Below, in pieces: positions 18,220-29,582 of a stretch of 64,000 nucleotides of DNA. Every line of letters starts with the position of its first letter. Position 1 is the stretch's first letter. The stretch is from Bacillota bacterium. Its GTDB lineage: Bacteria > Bacillota > JAAYKD01. The translations under genes were made by a program, and so were the position numbers. The notes below the pieces were generated by a model that saw nothing but the letters and a program-made list of their open reading frames with translations, had not been told where the DNA came from and searched no databases. The DNA is taken from contig OY762825.2 of assembly GCA_963666425.2 (NCBI GenBank), positions 2,080,001 to 2,144,000 of the forward strand, read 5' to 3'.

Positions 18220-19103
18220 AACCCCACACCATAGCTTATTATTTTAAAGAAGCTTTTACCGGCTTACGGCGCAACGGCTGGATGATGTTTGCTTCTGTGG
18301 GCATTACGCTGGTGATGTTTATTATTCTGGGTCTATTTCAGGTACTGACCGCGAATCTGGATTATATCGCGCGTGATGTGGAAGGCAAGTTAGAGATCAC
18401 CGCTTATCTGGACGATCAGGTTGCGCAGGAGGGCATTGCTCTGCTGCAGCGTCAGATTGAGGCGATCCCTGCGGTCAAGGAAACTGTCTTTGTCTCCAAC
18501 GCGGAAGCGCTGATTCGTCTTTCGGAGAAATTGGGCAGCCGCTCAGATTTATTGGCGGGTTATGAAAGCGACAATCCCTTGCGCAATTCCTTTGAAGTGA
18601 CAACAACGGAGATCGAACAGGTCGCTGTGGTGGCGTCTGATTTGGGAAAGCTGAATGGGATTGCTGAAGTCAAATACGGCAGAGAAGAAGTGGAAAAGCT
18701 GCTGAGTATCACCAAAGCGATCCGTTACGGCATGGCTGCTTTAATGTTAGCTTTGGCTACCGCAACCTTGTTTGTCATGATGAATACCATTCGCCTGACT
18801 GTATTTGCCCGCAGACAGGAAATCCAGATCATGAAGTATGTTGGCGCCACCGATTGGTTTATCCGTTGGCCTTTCATTTTGGAAGGGATGATTATGGGGA
18901 TTTTCGGTGCGATGTTGGCAGGCGGTTTTATTTTCCTGATTTATCATTATTTTGTCGGTTATGTGATGACTACGATTCCTTTCCTGCCGGTGCTGCCGGT
19001 GTTTCCGTTTATGCGGGGATTATTCTTCACACTGATTGCCGGGGGAGCCTTGATCGGAATTATTGGCAGCGCGCTTTCCCTGGGCCGTTATTTGAAAGTA
19101 TAG
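18216..19103 (+). CDS. ftsX: cell division permease FtsX
   Basis: NTIRLTVFARRQEIQIMKYVGATDWFIRWPF; 4 TM; overlaps the ftsE stop. Confidence 0.95.
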   Translation: MKPHTIAYYFKEAFTGLRRNGWMMFASVGITLVMFIILGLFQVLTANLDYIARDVEGKLEITAYLDDQVAQEGIALLQRQIEAIPAVKETVFVSNAEALIRLSEKLGSRSDLLAGYESDNPLRNSFEVTTTEIEQVAVVASDLGKLNGIAEVKYGREEVEKLLSITKAIRYGMAALMLALATATLFVMMNTIRLTVFARRQEIQIMKYVGATDWFIRWPFILEGMIMGIFGAMLAGGFIFLIYHYFVGYVMTTIPFLPVLPVFPFMRGLFFTLIAGGALIGIIGSALSLGRYLKV

Positions 19104-19113
19104 TGGGTGAAAA

Positions 19114-20253
19114 ATGAAAAAACAGAAATGGATCATCAGTCTGCTTTGCCTTTGCCTGGTTGCAGCTTTTAGTTTTGCCAATGCCGATGAGGTATCGGAT
19201 TACGAAGCGGCTTTGGCGGCGGCCAATGCGCAGAAAGCGGAACTCTTAGGCAAAATCGAATGGGCGAATCAACAGACAAGCAGTCTTCTGACGGAGCTGG
19301 CGCAGGTCGATTGGGAATTGGACTGGACAACCCAAGAGCTGACCTATCTGCAAAATGAGAAAGTGACGACAGAACAAAACGTGCTGCAAGGGCAGCAGCA
19401 ATTGGCTTTGATCGAAGCGGAACTGCAGAAAAAATACGAGGTGTCTAAAACACGGCTGCGCGCTCTCTATGAGAACGGCAACGTCAGTTACCTGGAGGTA
19501 CTCTTTGGCAGTTCCTCCTTCAGTGAATTTCTGACCAGTTTTGATCAGATCACTCTGCTGTTTCAAAGAGACGTAGAGTTATTGGAAGAGCAGCGGGTCT
19601 TGAGGAAAAATCAAGAGGAAATCAATACGACTTTGGAAAACTATAATAGTTATTTGGCTTCGCTGGCTTACCAGGCCGGTGTACGCAGTGGGGAATTGGC
19701 AACCATGCGCACGGAACGCAATAGCTTAATGGAGAACATTCAGGGTCAGAAAGAAAGCTGGCAGGCATCCTATGACGCCTTTGAAGCGCAGGCTGTCGCC
19801 CTGGAAGAGACAATTCGTCAATTGCAGGCGCAAAATCAAGGCAATATCCACGGCAGCGGACAGTATATCTGGCCGGTACCCAGTTCTTATGTTATCACCG
19901 ATCAATTCGGTTGGCGGGATGATCCCTTTGGTGGCAGCAATAGCAATTACCACGGCGGTTTGGATATTGCGGCTTCTTATGGTGCCAATATTTTGGCTGT
20001 GGATAACGCCACGGTGATTTATGCCGGCTGGAATTCCGGCGGTTACGGTAATATGGTCATGCTGGACCACGGCAACGGCATCGTCACGGTCTATGGCCAT
20101 ATGTCACAAATTTTAGTTAATGTTTGGGATACCGTCGATAAAGGTGATGTGATCGGGCTGGTGGGATCTACCGGTTGGAGCACAGGACCGCATTTGCATA
20201 TTGAGTTTCGTGTCAATGGGGAGCGGGTTGATCCATGGAATTATTTGGGTTAA
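19114..20253 (+). CDS. secreted coiled-coil M23 murein endopeptidase (FtsEX partner)
   Basis: Signal peptide, long coiled coil, M23 zinc motifs HGGLD and GPHLH. Confidence 0.9.
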   Translation: MKKQKWIISLLCLCLVAAFSFANADEVSDYEAALAAANAQKAELLGKIEWANQQTSSLLTELAQVDWELDWTTQELTYLQNEKVTTEQNVLQGQQQLALIEAELQKKYEVSKTRLRALYENGNVSYLEVLFGSSSFSEFLTSFDQITLLFQRDVELLEEQRVLRKNQEEINTTLENYNSYLASLAYQAGVRSGELATMRTERNSLMENIQGQKESWQASYDAFEAQAVALEETIRQLQAQNQGNIHGSGQYIWPVPSSYVITDQFGWRDDPFGGSNSNYHGGLDIAASYGANILAVDNATVIYAGWNSGGYGNMVMLDHGNGIVTVYGHMSQILVNVWDTVDKGDVIGLVGSTGWSTGPHLHIEFRVNGERVDPWNYLG

Positions 20254-20320
20254 TTGAAGGTTTTAAAAATGATGCGCTGATTCGAGAGCGAGAACGGTGC
20301 AGCAAAAGGAGTCGTATTAT

Positions 20321-22015
20321 ATGGAGATTGAGGAAAAGAAAAATCCGGAATCCGCTGAACCGGAGCAGATCGGCCAACCGTTAGAGTCCAACGAGGAAGC
20401 GATGCCAAGCAGTGAGACACCAGCACAGGAGCAGGCAGCAGAGGCAGCGGCAGAACTGTCCGGGCAGACGAAACCGGAGCAGGACGCAGCGCAGAATTTA
20501 CTGATTCCGCGGCAGCCCGAAGAGACCGAGGTGGCTGCTCTACCGGAACCGATGGCGCGGCTGAAACAACCGATTGGCCGCGGTAATCTGGTTTTCTTTG
20601 CGGGTTGTCTTTTGCTCGCCCTGGCTTTGATCTTTAACGGCACGCAATTGTGGCGCCGTTATAACCTGGTGAACACCCCATCGAGCAGCTTAACCGAAAC
20701 TGAGAACAGTAAATATACCGCTTATCTGGCCAATTTGATCTCATCCGATCCGGATCTCTCGGCTTTTATGGAAGCATATCAGTATGTGACCGAGAATTCC
20801 ACCCTAAATCCGGATACCGGCAAGTTGATGGATGGTGCCATTGAAGGCATGCTTGCAGCTCTGGATGATAAATATGCGGCTTATTATGACCCAGAGACCT
20901 TCTCAATTAAAATGGATGACAGCAGTGGATTTTATTCCGGCATCGGAGCGGCGGTGATTGAAAACGGCGGCTATATTACCATCGTGCAGCCCTATGAAGA
21001 TTCACCGGCTGCGACTGCCGGCTTATTAACCGGCGATCAGATTCTGGCTGTGGATGGTACCGATGTCGTGGGCTGGTCTACCGATGATGCCGTCATGCTG
21101 GTGCGCGGTGAAGTGAATACGGATGTTGTATTGACTATCCGTCGTCCCGGCAGTATGGAGGATCTAGAAATCACCGTCACCAGAACGACCGTCGAAACCA
21201 AAACAGTGACCGGCAGTTTGAATGATGACAAAATCGCTGATATCAAACTCACTTCCTTTAATGATCAGACCGGCAAACAATTAGCTGCCCTGATTGAAGA
21301 ATTGAAATCCCAGGGTATGACGGGCTTGATCCTCGATCTGCGCAACAATGGTGGCGGTACGCATACCGGTGTCGTGGAATCGGCACAGTGTCTGCTGCCG
21401 GAGGGTAAAATTTTCTCCGTTGTTTATGCCAATGGTTATACAGATGAAGAGTTTTCCCAACTGAAAGACCGTGGTTTCCCGATGGTGGTGCTGATCAACC
21501 AATACAGTGCCAGCGCTTCCGAAGTGTTGGCGGGCGCTTTGCAGGACAGCGGCGTGCCACTGGTTGGTGTGCAAAGCTACGGAAAAGGGGTAGGTCAGAG
21601 CTCCGTCGATTTATCAAACGGGTCCGGAATTACCTTTACTACCAGCAACTGGTTTACCAGAAATGGTCATCAGGTCGCTGGTGTCGGCCTGACTCCCGAC
21701 TCTATCGTGGTGGATGCCTGGTTCCCGCTTGGCACAATTGATGTGGCGAAACTGAAACCATCCGATCTTGCTTTATTGCAATATAAACTAAACACGCTGG
21801 GCTTCCCGGTGGCGGCAGAGACGGAGTATGCTGCGTCAACCCAAAACGCGGTGGCTGCCTACCAAACGAGCAAAGGGCTGCCGGCAAGCGGTCAGTTGGA
21901 TTTGGCTACCGTACAGAATTTAAACGCCGATTGTTATACCTTACTGGACGGCAGCGGCGATCCGCAATACGAGAAAGCAATGCAAGTCTTACAAGATTTG
22001 CTGACGGCAGACTAG
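20321..22015 (+). CDS. S41 carboxyl-terminal processing protease (PDZ plus peptidoglycan-binding domain)
   Basis: [25 protein letters not shown]; C-terminal PG-binding-1-like segment; acidic N-tail then TM; start uncertain (20297 or 20321). Confidence 0.88.
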   Translation: MEIEEKKNPESAEPEQIGQPLESNEEAMPSSETPAQEQAAEAAAELSGQTKPEQDAAQNLLIPRQPEETEVAALPEPMARLKQPIGRGNLVFFAGCLLLALALIFNGTQLWRRYNLVNTPSSSLTETENSKYTAYLANLISSDPDLSAFMEAYQYVTENSTLNPDTGKLMDGAIEGMLAALDDKYAAYYDPETFSIKMDDSSGFYSGIGAAVIENGGYITIVQPYEDSPAATAGLLTGDQILAVDGTDVVGWSTDDAVMLVRGEVNTDVVLTIRRPGSMEDLEITVTRTTVETKTVTGSLNDDKIADIKLTSFNDQTGKQLAALIEELKSQGMTGLILDLRNNGGGTHTGVVESAQCLLPEGKIFSVVYANGYTDEEFSQLKDRGFPMVVLINQYSASASEVLAGALQDSGVPLVGVQSYGKGVGQSSVDLSNGSGITFTTSNWFTRNGHQVAGVGLTPDSIVVDAWFPLGTIDVAKLKPSDLALLQYKLNTLGFPVAAETEYAASTQNAVAAYQTSKGLPASGQLDLATVQNLNADCYTLLDGSGDPQYEKAMQVLQDLLTAD

Positions 22016-22061
22016 GCCAACCAGGACTGAATTTAATTTTCCGGGAGGGGAAGAAATAAAG

Positions 22062-24035
22062 ATGGGACTATTTCAATTACATGCTCCCTATCAGCCGCAA
22101 GGGGATCAACCGAAAGTGATTGAGCAATTGGTAGCCGGCGTCAATGCAGGTTATCGGGGTCAGACGCTGCTGGGCGTTACCGGTTCCGGTAAAACCTTTG
22201 CGATGGCGAACGTGATCGCCGAGACCCAGCGTCCTACCCTGGTGCTTGCTCATAATAAGATCCTGGCAGCTCAGCTGTGCAGCGAATTCAAGGAATATTT
22301 TCCGGAGAACGCTGTCGAGTACTTTGTCAGTTATTATGATTACTATCAACCGGAAGCCTATATTCCGCAGACCGACACTTATATTGAGAAAGACAGCGCG
22401 ATCAATGACGAAATTGATAAACTGCGTCATGCGGCGACCATTGCCCTACTGACCCGCCGGGATGTGATCATTGTCGCCTCGGTTTCCTGTATTTATGGCT
22501 TGGGTTCCCCGATGGAATATATGAATTTGCATTTGCATCTGGAACTGGGTCAGGAGATTCGCAGGGAAGATATTTTACGCCGCCTGGTAGCGATTCAGTA
22601 TCAGCGCAACGAAATTGATTTTCAGCGCGGGCGATTCAGAGTGCGCGGTGACACGGTGGAAGTCATTCCGGCCAATACCAACGAGACGGCTTATCGGATT
22701 GAATTGTTCGGCGATGAGGTGGATCGGATTTCCTGTGTCAACGTCTTGACAGGCGAAATTCTGGAAACACCGAATGCCGTCGATATTTACCCTGCCAGCC
22801 ATTATGTCACTTCGGAAGAGAATGTGAAGCGTGCGATCGTGGAGATCGAAAACGAGATGGAGGAGCGGGTTGCCTGGTTTAAAGAGAACGATTTATTGAT
22901 CGAAGCGCAGCGCATTAAGCAGCGCACAGAGTATGATCTGGAAATGATGATGGAGATGGGTTTTTGCAGCGGCATTGAGAATTATTCGCGGCCGCTTTCC
23001 GGCCGGATGCCCGGCACAGCGCCGGATGTGCTGCTGGATTATTTTCCGGATGACTTTTTAATGATGGTGGATGAATCGCATGTCACGATTCCACAGGTGC
23101 GCGGTATGCACGGCGGTGACCGCGCCCGCAAAGAAAAGCTGGTGCAGTATGGTTTCCGCCTGCCGTCTGCCTTCGATAATCGGCCACTGACCTTTACTGA
23201 ATTTGAAGCGCATATCAATCAGGCTATTTTCGTTTCGGCGACGCCGAGCGAATACGAAGCCGCGCACAGCAGTCAAACCGTGGAGATGATCATCCGACCG
23301 ACCGGTCTGCTCGACCCGGAACTGGATTTAAGACCGATCAAGGGACAGATCGATGATCTATTGGCAGAAATCAAGCTGCGTGCCGCCAAACAGGAACGTG
23401 TTTTGATCACGACGCTGACCAAGAAAATGGCGGAGGATTTAACCGAATACCTGAACCAATTGGGTGTGAAAGTCCGTTATATGCATCACGAAATCGATTC
23501 CCTGGAACGGATGGAAATCATCCGCGATCTGCGCTTAGGTATTTTCGATGTGCTGGTAGGCATCAACCTGCTGCGGGAGGGTCTCGATCTGCCGGAAGTC
23601 TCTTTGGTAGCCATTCTCGATGCGGATAAGGAAGGTTTTTTAAGAAGCGCGCGTGCCCTGATTCAAACCATCGGCCGGGCAGCCAGAAATTCCAACGGTA
23701 AGGTGATTTTATATGCCGACCGCATCACGGATTCGATGAAGATCGCTATCGATGAGACCAACCGCCGCCGAAAAATCCAAGCCGCTTACAACCTGGAACA
23801 TCATATTACGCCAACAACGATTCGCAAAGACGTGCACAGTGTGATCGATTCTATTGCCAGAGGAGATAGCTATGAGCATCTCAGCAAAGAGAAAGTAGAA
23901 AAGATGGACAAACGAGAGCTGCAGGATTTAATTGGACGTTTGGAAAAAGATATGAAAGCCGCGGCCAAAGCGCTGGATTTTGAAGAAGCAGCCAGAATCC
24001 GCGATGCTTTGATGGAATTGCGTGCCTCACTTTAG
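22062..24035 (+). CDS. uvrB: excinuclease ABC subunit B
   Basis: [34 protein letters not shown]-terminal UVR domain. Confidence 0.98.
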   Translation: MGLFQLHAPYQPQGDQPKVIEQLVAGVNAGYRGQTLLGVTGSGKTFAMANVIAETQRPTLVLAHNKILAAQLCSEFKEYFPENAVEYFVSYYDYYQPEAYIPQTDTYIEKDSAINDEIDKLRHAATIALLTRRDVIIVASVSCIYGLGSPMEYMNLHLHLELGQEIRREDILRRLVAIQYQRNEIDFQRGRFRVRGDTVEVIPANTNETAYRIELFGDEVDRISCVNVLTGEILETPNAVDIYPASHYVTSEENVKRAIVEIENEMEERVAWFKENDLLIEAQRIKQRTEYDLEMMMEMGFCSGIENYSRPLSGRMPGTAPDVLLDYFPDDFLMMVDESHVTIPQVRGMHGGDRARKEKLVQYGFRLPSAFDNRPLTFTEFEAHINQAIFVSATPSEYEAAHSSQTVEMIIRPTGLLDPELDLRPIKGQIDDLLAEIKLRAAKQERVLITTLTKKMAEDLTEYLNQLGVKVRYMHHEIDSLERMEIIRDLRLGIFDVLVGINLLREGLDLPEVSLVAILDADKEGFLRSARALIQTIGRAARNSNGKVILYADRITDSMKIAIDETNRRRKIQAAYNLEHHITPTTIRKDVHSVIDSIARGDSYEHLSKEKVEKMDKRELQDLIGRLEKDMKAAAKALDFEEAARIRDALMELRASL

Positions 24036-24133
24036 AGGAAAAGATGCAGATAGTGCAGATTCTCTGTTGATCATAGTCATCAAAAAGCACAATATTCTGC
24101 ATCTTTTCAGTAGAAAATAACGTCGGAACCGCC

Positions 24134-24161
24134 TTGCATTTTCTGCTTTGTTTGATATAAT
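24134..24161 (+). promoter_or_regulatory. sigma-A promoter for tRNA-Gly/tig
   Basis: TTGCAT-N16-TATAAT with extended -10 TG. Confidence 0.7.
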
Positions 24162-24173
24162 GTTAAGCGTAGT

Positions 24174-24249
24174 GCGGAAATAGCTCAATTGGTAGAGCGC
24201 CACCTTGCCAAGGTGGAGGTTGCGGGTCCGAGTCCCGTTTTCCGCTCCA
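24174..24249 (+). tRNA. tRNA-Gly(GCC)
   Basis: 76-nt cloverleaf, anticodon arm CCACC-ttGCCaa-GGTGG, encoded CCA; T-loop TCCGAGT. Confidence 0.95.
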
Positions 24250-24338
24250 ATTTTTATATGAATCTCTCCCCTGATTTTAGCTAAGGGACGGAATGAAGTA
24301 AAATGGTGTGCCGCGATCGGTAACAAAAGGAGGATATT

Positions 24339-25622
24339 ATGGAACTAAAATCTCAAAGCCAAGAGCGTTATTATGTTACGCTCAACGTAGAACTAAGCCC
24401 TGAAGAAGTGGAACAGGGTTTGGAGAAAAGTTATAGAAAAGTGGTACGGCAAATTAATGTTCCCGGTTTCCGCAAAGGAAAGTTTCCGCGTCCCATGTTG
24501 GAAGCCCGCTACGGCGTTGAAATGCTTTATGATGAAGCAGTGGATGCCTTACTGCCGGAAGCTTACGAGTTTGTGCTGAAAGAAACCAATTTGGATCCGA
24601 TTGACCGTCCGGAAGTGGATGTGGTCAGTTTCGCTAAAGGACAGCCGGCGGAAATTAAATTCGTCGTGACCGTCAATCCGGAAGTGGTTTTAGGCGAATA
24701 CAAAGGGATTCAAGTCGAAGTAAAACATAGCGAAGTCAGCGAAGCCGCAGTAGAGGCCGAACTGAAACGTTTACAGGACGAACATGCGCGTCTGGTGCCC
24801 GTGGAAGGCGCCGCGCAGCAAGGCGATTTTATTAAATTGAACTTCGACGGCGCTGTCGATGGTGTAGCGTTTGAGGGCGGAAAAGCGGAAAATTACGACT
24901 TGGAATTGGGCAGCAATTCTTTTATTCCCGGTTTTGAGGATCAATTGATTGGCAAAAATGTCGATGAAGAGGTTACGGTTAAGGTCACTTTCCCGGAGAG
25001 CTATCATGCCGCCGAGTTGGCTTCCAAAGACGCTGTCTTCCTCTGCAAGATCACCGAAATCCATCGTAAGGAAATTTTACCCCTAGACGACGATTTTGCC
25101 AAAGACGTCTCCGATGTAGAGACGCTGGCGGAATTGAAAGTTCAGCTGGAAAATACATTGAAAGAAACCGCAGCCTTACAGGATAAAGAAGCCAAACGGG
25201 ATGCTGTGCTGGCCAAAGTAGTGGCGAACGCTCAGTTGGAAATTCCGGAAATTCTGATCAGCCGTCAAACAGAGCAGATGATGCATAACTTTGAGAATTC
25301 TCTGATGCGTCAGGGCCTCAAATTGGCTGATTACCAAAAAATTCTCGGTAAAACAGTGGAAAGTATGAAAGAAGATTTCAAACCGCAGGCTGAAAAAGCG
25401 GTAAGGCAGACTCTGGTTATTGATCAAATCACCAAAGTGGAAAGCATCGTAGCGACAGAGGAAGAAATAGCAAAACAAGTGGCCGAAATGGCCAAAGCTT
25501 ACCAAATGGAAGCGGATGCATTCCAGAAAATCGTCAATGAACAAGGAATGCAGAATGAAATTGCTGCCGAAGTGGCTTATAAAAAAACAATAGAATTCTT
25601 AACCGAAGCGGCGGCGGAATAA
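24339..25622 (+). CDS. tig: trigger factor
   Basis: VPGFRKGK ribosome-binding motif; FKBP domain FIPGFEDQLIG. Confidence 0.96.
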   Translation: MELKSQSQERYYVTLNVELSPEEVEQGLEKSYRKVVRQINVPGFRKGKFPRPMLEARYGVEMLYDEAVDALLPEAYEFVLKETNLDPIDRPEVDVVSFAKGQPAEIKFVVTVNPEVVLGEYKGIQVEVKHSEVSEAAVEAELKRLQDEHARLVPVEGAAQQGDFIKLNFDGAVDGVAFEGGKAENYDLELGSNSFIPGFEDQLIGKNVDEEVTVKVTFPESYHAAELASKDAVFLCKITEIHRKEILPLDDDFAKDVSDVETLAELKVQLENTLKETAALQDKEAKRDAVLAKVVANAQLEIPEILISRQTEQMMHNFENSLMRQGLKLADYQKILGKTVESMKEDFKPQAEKAVRQTLVIDQITKVESIVATEEEIAKQVAEMAKAYQMEADAFQKIVNEQGMQNEIAAEVAYKKTIEFLTEAAAE

Positions 25623-25664
25623 GCAGACCCGTTTTTGGTTCGATCGAATTAAGCGAGGAGAAAC

Positions 25665-26993
25665 ATGGCGAAAGGATTTCGGGACGATAAGAAGCAATTC
25701 TTTTGTTCCTTCTGCGGTAAATCGCAGGATCAAGTGCGTAAATTAGTGGCCGGCAACGGAGTTTTTATTTGTAACGAATGTATTGATTTATGCAACGAGA
25801 TTTTGGAAGACGAATTAAAAAATGATCCCAAAGAAGCGTTTACGCTGGAGGAATTGATGAAACCTCTGGAAATTAAACAGGCGCTGGATCAATATGTCAT
25901 CGGCCAAGATGAAGCGAAAAAATCGCTGTCTGTTGCAGTCTACAATCATTATAAACGAATTCGTCAAAAGAGCAGCATTCAAGGGACAAAAGCGAAAAGC
26001 AAGCTGAAAAATGACGAAGCGGAATTATCCAAGAGCAACGTTCTTTTACTGGGTCCGACCGGTGTAGGTAAGACTTATCTGGCTCAGACCTTGGCGAAGA
26101 TCCTCAATGTGCCGTTTGCCATCTCCGATGCTACCACCTTAACCGAAGCAGGTTATGTCGGTGAAGACGTGGAGAATATCTTGCTCCGCCTGATCCAGGC
26201 CGCCGATTATAATATCGAACGGGCGGAACAGGGCATCGTCTATATCGATGAAATTGATAAAATCAGCCGCCGCAGTGAGAACCGCAGCATCACCCGTGAT
26301 GTCTCCGGTGAAGGCGTGCAGCAGGCGCTGCTGAAAATTCTGGAAGGCACCGTGGCCAATGTCCCTCCTCAGGGCGGCCGCAAATTGCCGCATCAGGAAT
26401 TTATCCAACTGGATACCACCAATATTCTCTTTATTGTGGGCGGTGCATTTGATGGTTTGGATAAGCTGATCGAAGCAAGAGTCGGCAAAAAGACGATCGG
26501 TTTTGGTGCCGAAGTGCGGGCAGCCAAGGAAATGACCATGAATGAATTGATTCATCAGGTCATCCCGGCTGATTTAATCCGCTATGGACTGATTCCGGAA
26601 TTGGTCGGACGGATTCCTGTGATTGCAACACTGGATTCGCTGAACGAAGATGTTCTGGTGCGTATCCTGACCGAACCGAAGAACGCCTTGGTGAAACAAT
26701 ATCAACAGCTGTTTGCTCTTGATTTTGTCGAGTTGGAATTCACAACGGATGCGCTCAGAGAAGTGGCGAAAGAAGCCATCAGCCGCAATACGGGTGCACG
26801 CGGACTGCGTGCCATCCTGGAAGGTGTCTTGATGCAGACGATGTATGAAATACCTTCCCGCCACGATGTTCGTAAAGTGATTATCGATGATGCAGTCATG
26901 CGTAAAGAAAAAACACCGATGCTGCTGTTATATAATGACAACTATCTTGCCGACGGAGAAAAAGTGGTTGGCGGAGAACAAAGCGAAGAATAA
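25665..26993 (+). CDS. clpX: ATP-dependent Clp protease ATPase subunit ClpX
   Basis: CSFCGK zinc finger, [25 protein letters not shown] loop. Confidence 0.97.
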   Translation: MAKGFRDDKKQFFCSFCGKSQDQVRKLVAGNGVFICNECIDLCNEILEDELKNDPKEAFTLEELMKPLEIKQALDQYVIGQDEAKKSLSVAVYNHYKRIRQKSSIQGTKAKSKLKNDEAELSKSNVLLLGPTGVGKTYLAQTLAKILNVPFAISDATTLTEAGYVGEDVENILLRLIQAADYNIERAEQGIVYIDEIDKISRRSENRSITRDVSGEGVQQALLKILEGTVANVPPQGGRKLPHQEFIQLDTTNILFIVGGAFDGLDKLIEARVGKKTIGFGAEVRAAKEMTMNELIHQVIPADLIRYGLIPELVGRIPVIATLDSLNEDVLVRILTEPKNALVKQYQQLFALDFVELEFTTDALREVAKEAISRNTGARGLRAILEGVLMQTMYEIPSRHDVRKVIIDDAVMRKEKTPMLLLYNDNYLADGEKVVGGEQSEE

Positions 26994-27137
26994 AAACCAT
27001 CACCTGTGCTGAAAAGGCAAGGGATGGAGATCATGAGAAAACAGACTGATCATTCCGTTACAGAATGATTGGTCTGTTTTTTAGCAAGACAGGATCGATT
27101 TGTTAGGAGATGCACCGAAAATGCAGAATCGCTGCCC

Positions 27138-27166
27138 TTGACAGGAACGCTTGTAATCGATATAAT
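27138..27166 (+). promoter_or_regulatory. sigma-A promoter of rex-lysR
   Basis: Perfect TTGACA-N17-TATAAT. Confidence 0.8.
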
Positions 27167-27201
27167 GTTATCGAAACAAGATGCAAAGGAGGGCTCTCTC
27201 A

Positions 27202-27855
27202 GTGACAATGAAGAACCTAAAGCCAATCTCAATTCAAACACTCAAGCGACTGCCGGATTATTTGCATTATCTGCAAACAATCAATAATAAAGAAGTCACC
27301 AGCATTTCTGCCACGATGATTGCCAATAGCTTAAAATTGAATGAAGTTCAGGTCAGAAAAGATTTGGCTGCGGTCAGTATGACCAGCGGAAAACCCCGAA
27401 CCGGTTTTAATATCAATGAATTGATCAAGGGGATTGAATCCCGCCTGGGCTATGACAGTAAAGATGAAGCCGTGCTGGTTGGGGTCGGCAAATTAGGTCA
27501 GGCACTGCTTTCCTATCCGGGTTTTCAAACTTATGGTTTAAATATTGTCGCGGGTTTTGACAGCAATCCTAATTTGCATCATGTGACAATCGAAGGCAAA
27601 CTGATCCTGCCGATGGAAAAATTCGTCAACCTTTGTCAGCGTATGAAGATACATATCGGAATTATCACCGTACCTGCCGATCAGGCGCAATCTGTTTGCG
27701 ACTTGATGCTGGCGGGTGGCATCATTGCCATCTGGAATTTCGCTCCGGTCAATCTCAAGGTTCCCAATGGGATTTTTCTTAAAAATGAAAACATGTCAGC
27801 TTCTCTGGCGATGATTTCTCAATTTCTAGCCGAACATTTTCACGATAGCAATTAA
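27202..27855 (+). CDS. rex: redox-sensing transcriptional repressor Rex
   Basis: RLPDY, QVRKDL, Rossmann VGVGKLG, IWNFAP; start GTG 27202 or ATG 27208 after AGGAGG. Confidence 0.92.
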   Translation: MTMKNLKPISIQTLKRLPDYLHYLQTINNKEVTSISATMIANSLKLNEVQVRKDLAAVSMTSGKPRTGFNINELIKGIESRLGYDSKDEAVLVGVGKLGQALLSYPGFQTYGLNIVAGFDSNPNLHHVTIEGKLILPMEKFVNLCQRMKIHIGIITVPADQAQSVCDLMLAGGIIAIWNFAPVNLKVPNGIFLKNENMSASLAMISQFLAEHFHDSN

Positions 27856-27876
27856 AAAGAAAGCAGAGGAGACTTT

Positions 27877-28824
27877 GTGAATATCCTGCATTTAAAATAT
27901 GCTCTGGAAGTGGAAAAAACCGGCTCGATCACCAGAGCAGCAGAGCATTTATTTATGGGACAGCCAAACTTAAGCAAAGCGATTAAGGAATTGGAAAATT
28001 CACTGGGAATTTCAATTTTCAAGCGCTCTCCCGGCGGTGTGCTGCCGACGCGTGAGGGAGAGGTTTTTTTGCAGCGGGCAAAAAGCGTTTTGCAACAGAT
28101 CGAAGAAATGGAGAGTCTCTACGAGCAGGATAAAGCAGGGAAAATACGTTTTTCTGTGGCGCTGCCCAGAGCCAGTTACCTGGTCTACGCTTATACGCAA
28201 TTTCTCAATCATCTGAAGCGGGCAGCGGATTTGGACTTGAATTTCATCGAAGCCAATTCGATTGATACCATTCATCACGTCAATCGATCCGACTGCAATT
28301 TCGGCTTAATCCGCTATCAGGCAGAGCATGAAAATTACTATCAGTTTCTTCTGAAAGAAAAAAATCTTAGCAGTCGATTGATCTGGGAATTCGAGGCCTG
28401 CCTGCTGACTTCCAAACGCAGTCCTTCCTCCCTGCATGTCGCTTTCAGTAAGCATCATTTGGAAAATGGGATCGAACTGCTCTACGGTGATCAGACCGCT
28501 CCGGTGGCTCCGGCTGATTTGTCCAGCACTTCCCTCAGCGATCGGCAGACGAAGAGGAAAATTTATATTTACGATCGCGGCAGCCAGTTTGATCTGCTCA
28601 ATCAGGTTCCCGGCAGTTTTATTTGGACTTCACCCATGCCGGCCGAACTGCTGCACCGTTATCAATTGATTCAGTATTTCTTTCCGCTGCGGCCGAAGAA
28701 AGTTCGGGATGTCCTTATCTGCGGCAAGGATTATGTTTTCAATCCGATCGATCAGCAATTTTTACATGAAGTTGAACAGGTTAAGCAAGTCTTGCTGGAG
28801 GATTCCGGGGGACAGACCGACTAA
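27877..28824 (+). CDS. LysR family transcriptional regulator
   Basis: N-terminal HTH GSITRAAEHLFMGQPNLSKAIKELE; 315 aa. Confidence 0.92.
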   Translation: MNILHLKYALEVEKTGSITRAAEHLFMGQPNLSKAIKELENSLGISIFKRSPGGVLPTREGEVFLQRAKSVLQQIEEMESLYEQDKAGKIRFSVALPRASYLVYAYTQFLNHLKRAADLDLNFIEANSIDTIHHVNRSDCNFGLIRYQAEHENYYQFLLKEKNLSSRLIWEFEACLLTSKRSPSSLHVAFSKHHLENGIELLYGDQTAPVAPADLSSTSLSDRQTKRKIYIYDRGSQFDLLNQVPGSFIWTSPMPAELLHRYQLIQYFFPLRPKKVRDVLICGKDYVFNPIDQQFLHEVEQVKQVLLEDSGGQTD

Positions 28825-28830
28825 ATAGAT

Positions 28831-28869
28831 CAAAGCATATCGATATATACATATCGATATGCTTTTTTT
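28831..28869 (+). terminator. palindrome with U-tract after lysR (terminator and/or operator)
   Basis: AAAGCATATCGATAT-atac-ATATCGATATGCTTTTTTT. Confidence 0.65.
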
Positions 28870-29090
28870 ATATTACTACCCCGGCGTGATTTAGTGTAAA
28901 ATTAAATCAGTAAAATGATACCGAATAGAGATGGAAATTTCTGACCGAGCGCAGCAGTTTTAGGCTCCATGCGGCAGGAATCCTCAAGACAGGTCCTGTT
29001 CAGGAAATGAAACACAGCTAATTTTCCGGTGAACTGACCGATGAACAAGGAGAGAAAATTCTTCGAAGAACAAATTAAGGAGTGAACCCT

Positions 29091-29582
29091 ATGAAAGACG
29101 AAAATGCTTCCAAGTTTGACCGCGTTTGCCTGATCCTAGATAAGTATCAATGCAATCCCCATAAGCTGGTTCCTATCCTACAGGAAATTCAAGCGGAATA
29201 TCTCTATTTACCGGAAGATATCATGACCTTTGTAGCGACGGCACTCCGGATTTCCACCGCGACAATTTACGGAGTCGCCACTTTTTATGCCCATTTCACT
29301 TTGACGCCAAAGGGGAAACATATCATCAAAATTTGTGATGGCACAGCCTGTCATGTTAAAAAGTCGGAAGAAATTTTAAATCGACTGGATCAGGAACTGG
29401 GTTTGAATCAAAAGAATAAGACGACGGCAGATAGGCTTTTTACCTTGGAACCGGTCGCTTGTTTGGGGGCCTGCGGTCTGGCACCGGCGGTCGTGATTGA
29501 CGAACAGGTACATGGCTTGATGACCCCAGATAAAACCATGGCTTTGATCAACCAGTTGAAAGAGGAGGAAGCAAGGGTATGA
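29091..29582 (+). CDS. hydC: bifurcating [FeFe]-hydrogenase gamma subunit (NuoE-like)
   Basis: YGVATFY, CDGTAC...CLGAC [2Fe-2S] ligands; AAGGAG RBS. Confidence 0.9.
   Translation: MKDENASKFDRVCLILDKYQCNPHKLVPILQEIQAEYLYLPEDIMTFVATALRISTATIYGVATFYAHFTLTPKGKHIIKICDGTACHVKKSEEILNRLDQELGLNQKNKTTADRLFTLEPVACLGACGLAPAVVIDEQVHGLMTPDKTMALINQLKEEEARV

Noticed and set aside
26994-29090. Rex operator (TTGTGAA/TTGTTAA-N4-TTCACAA/TTAACAA) upstream of rex or hydC
   Set aside because: No adequate palindrome found by eye; a half-site match near 17294-17311 is also too weak
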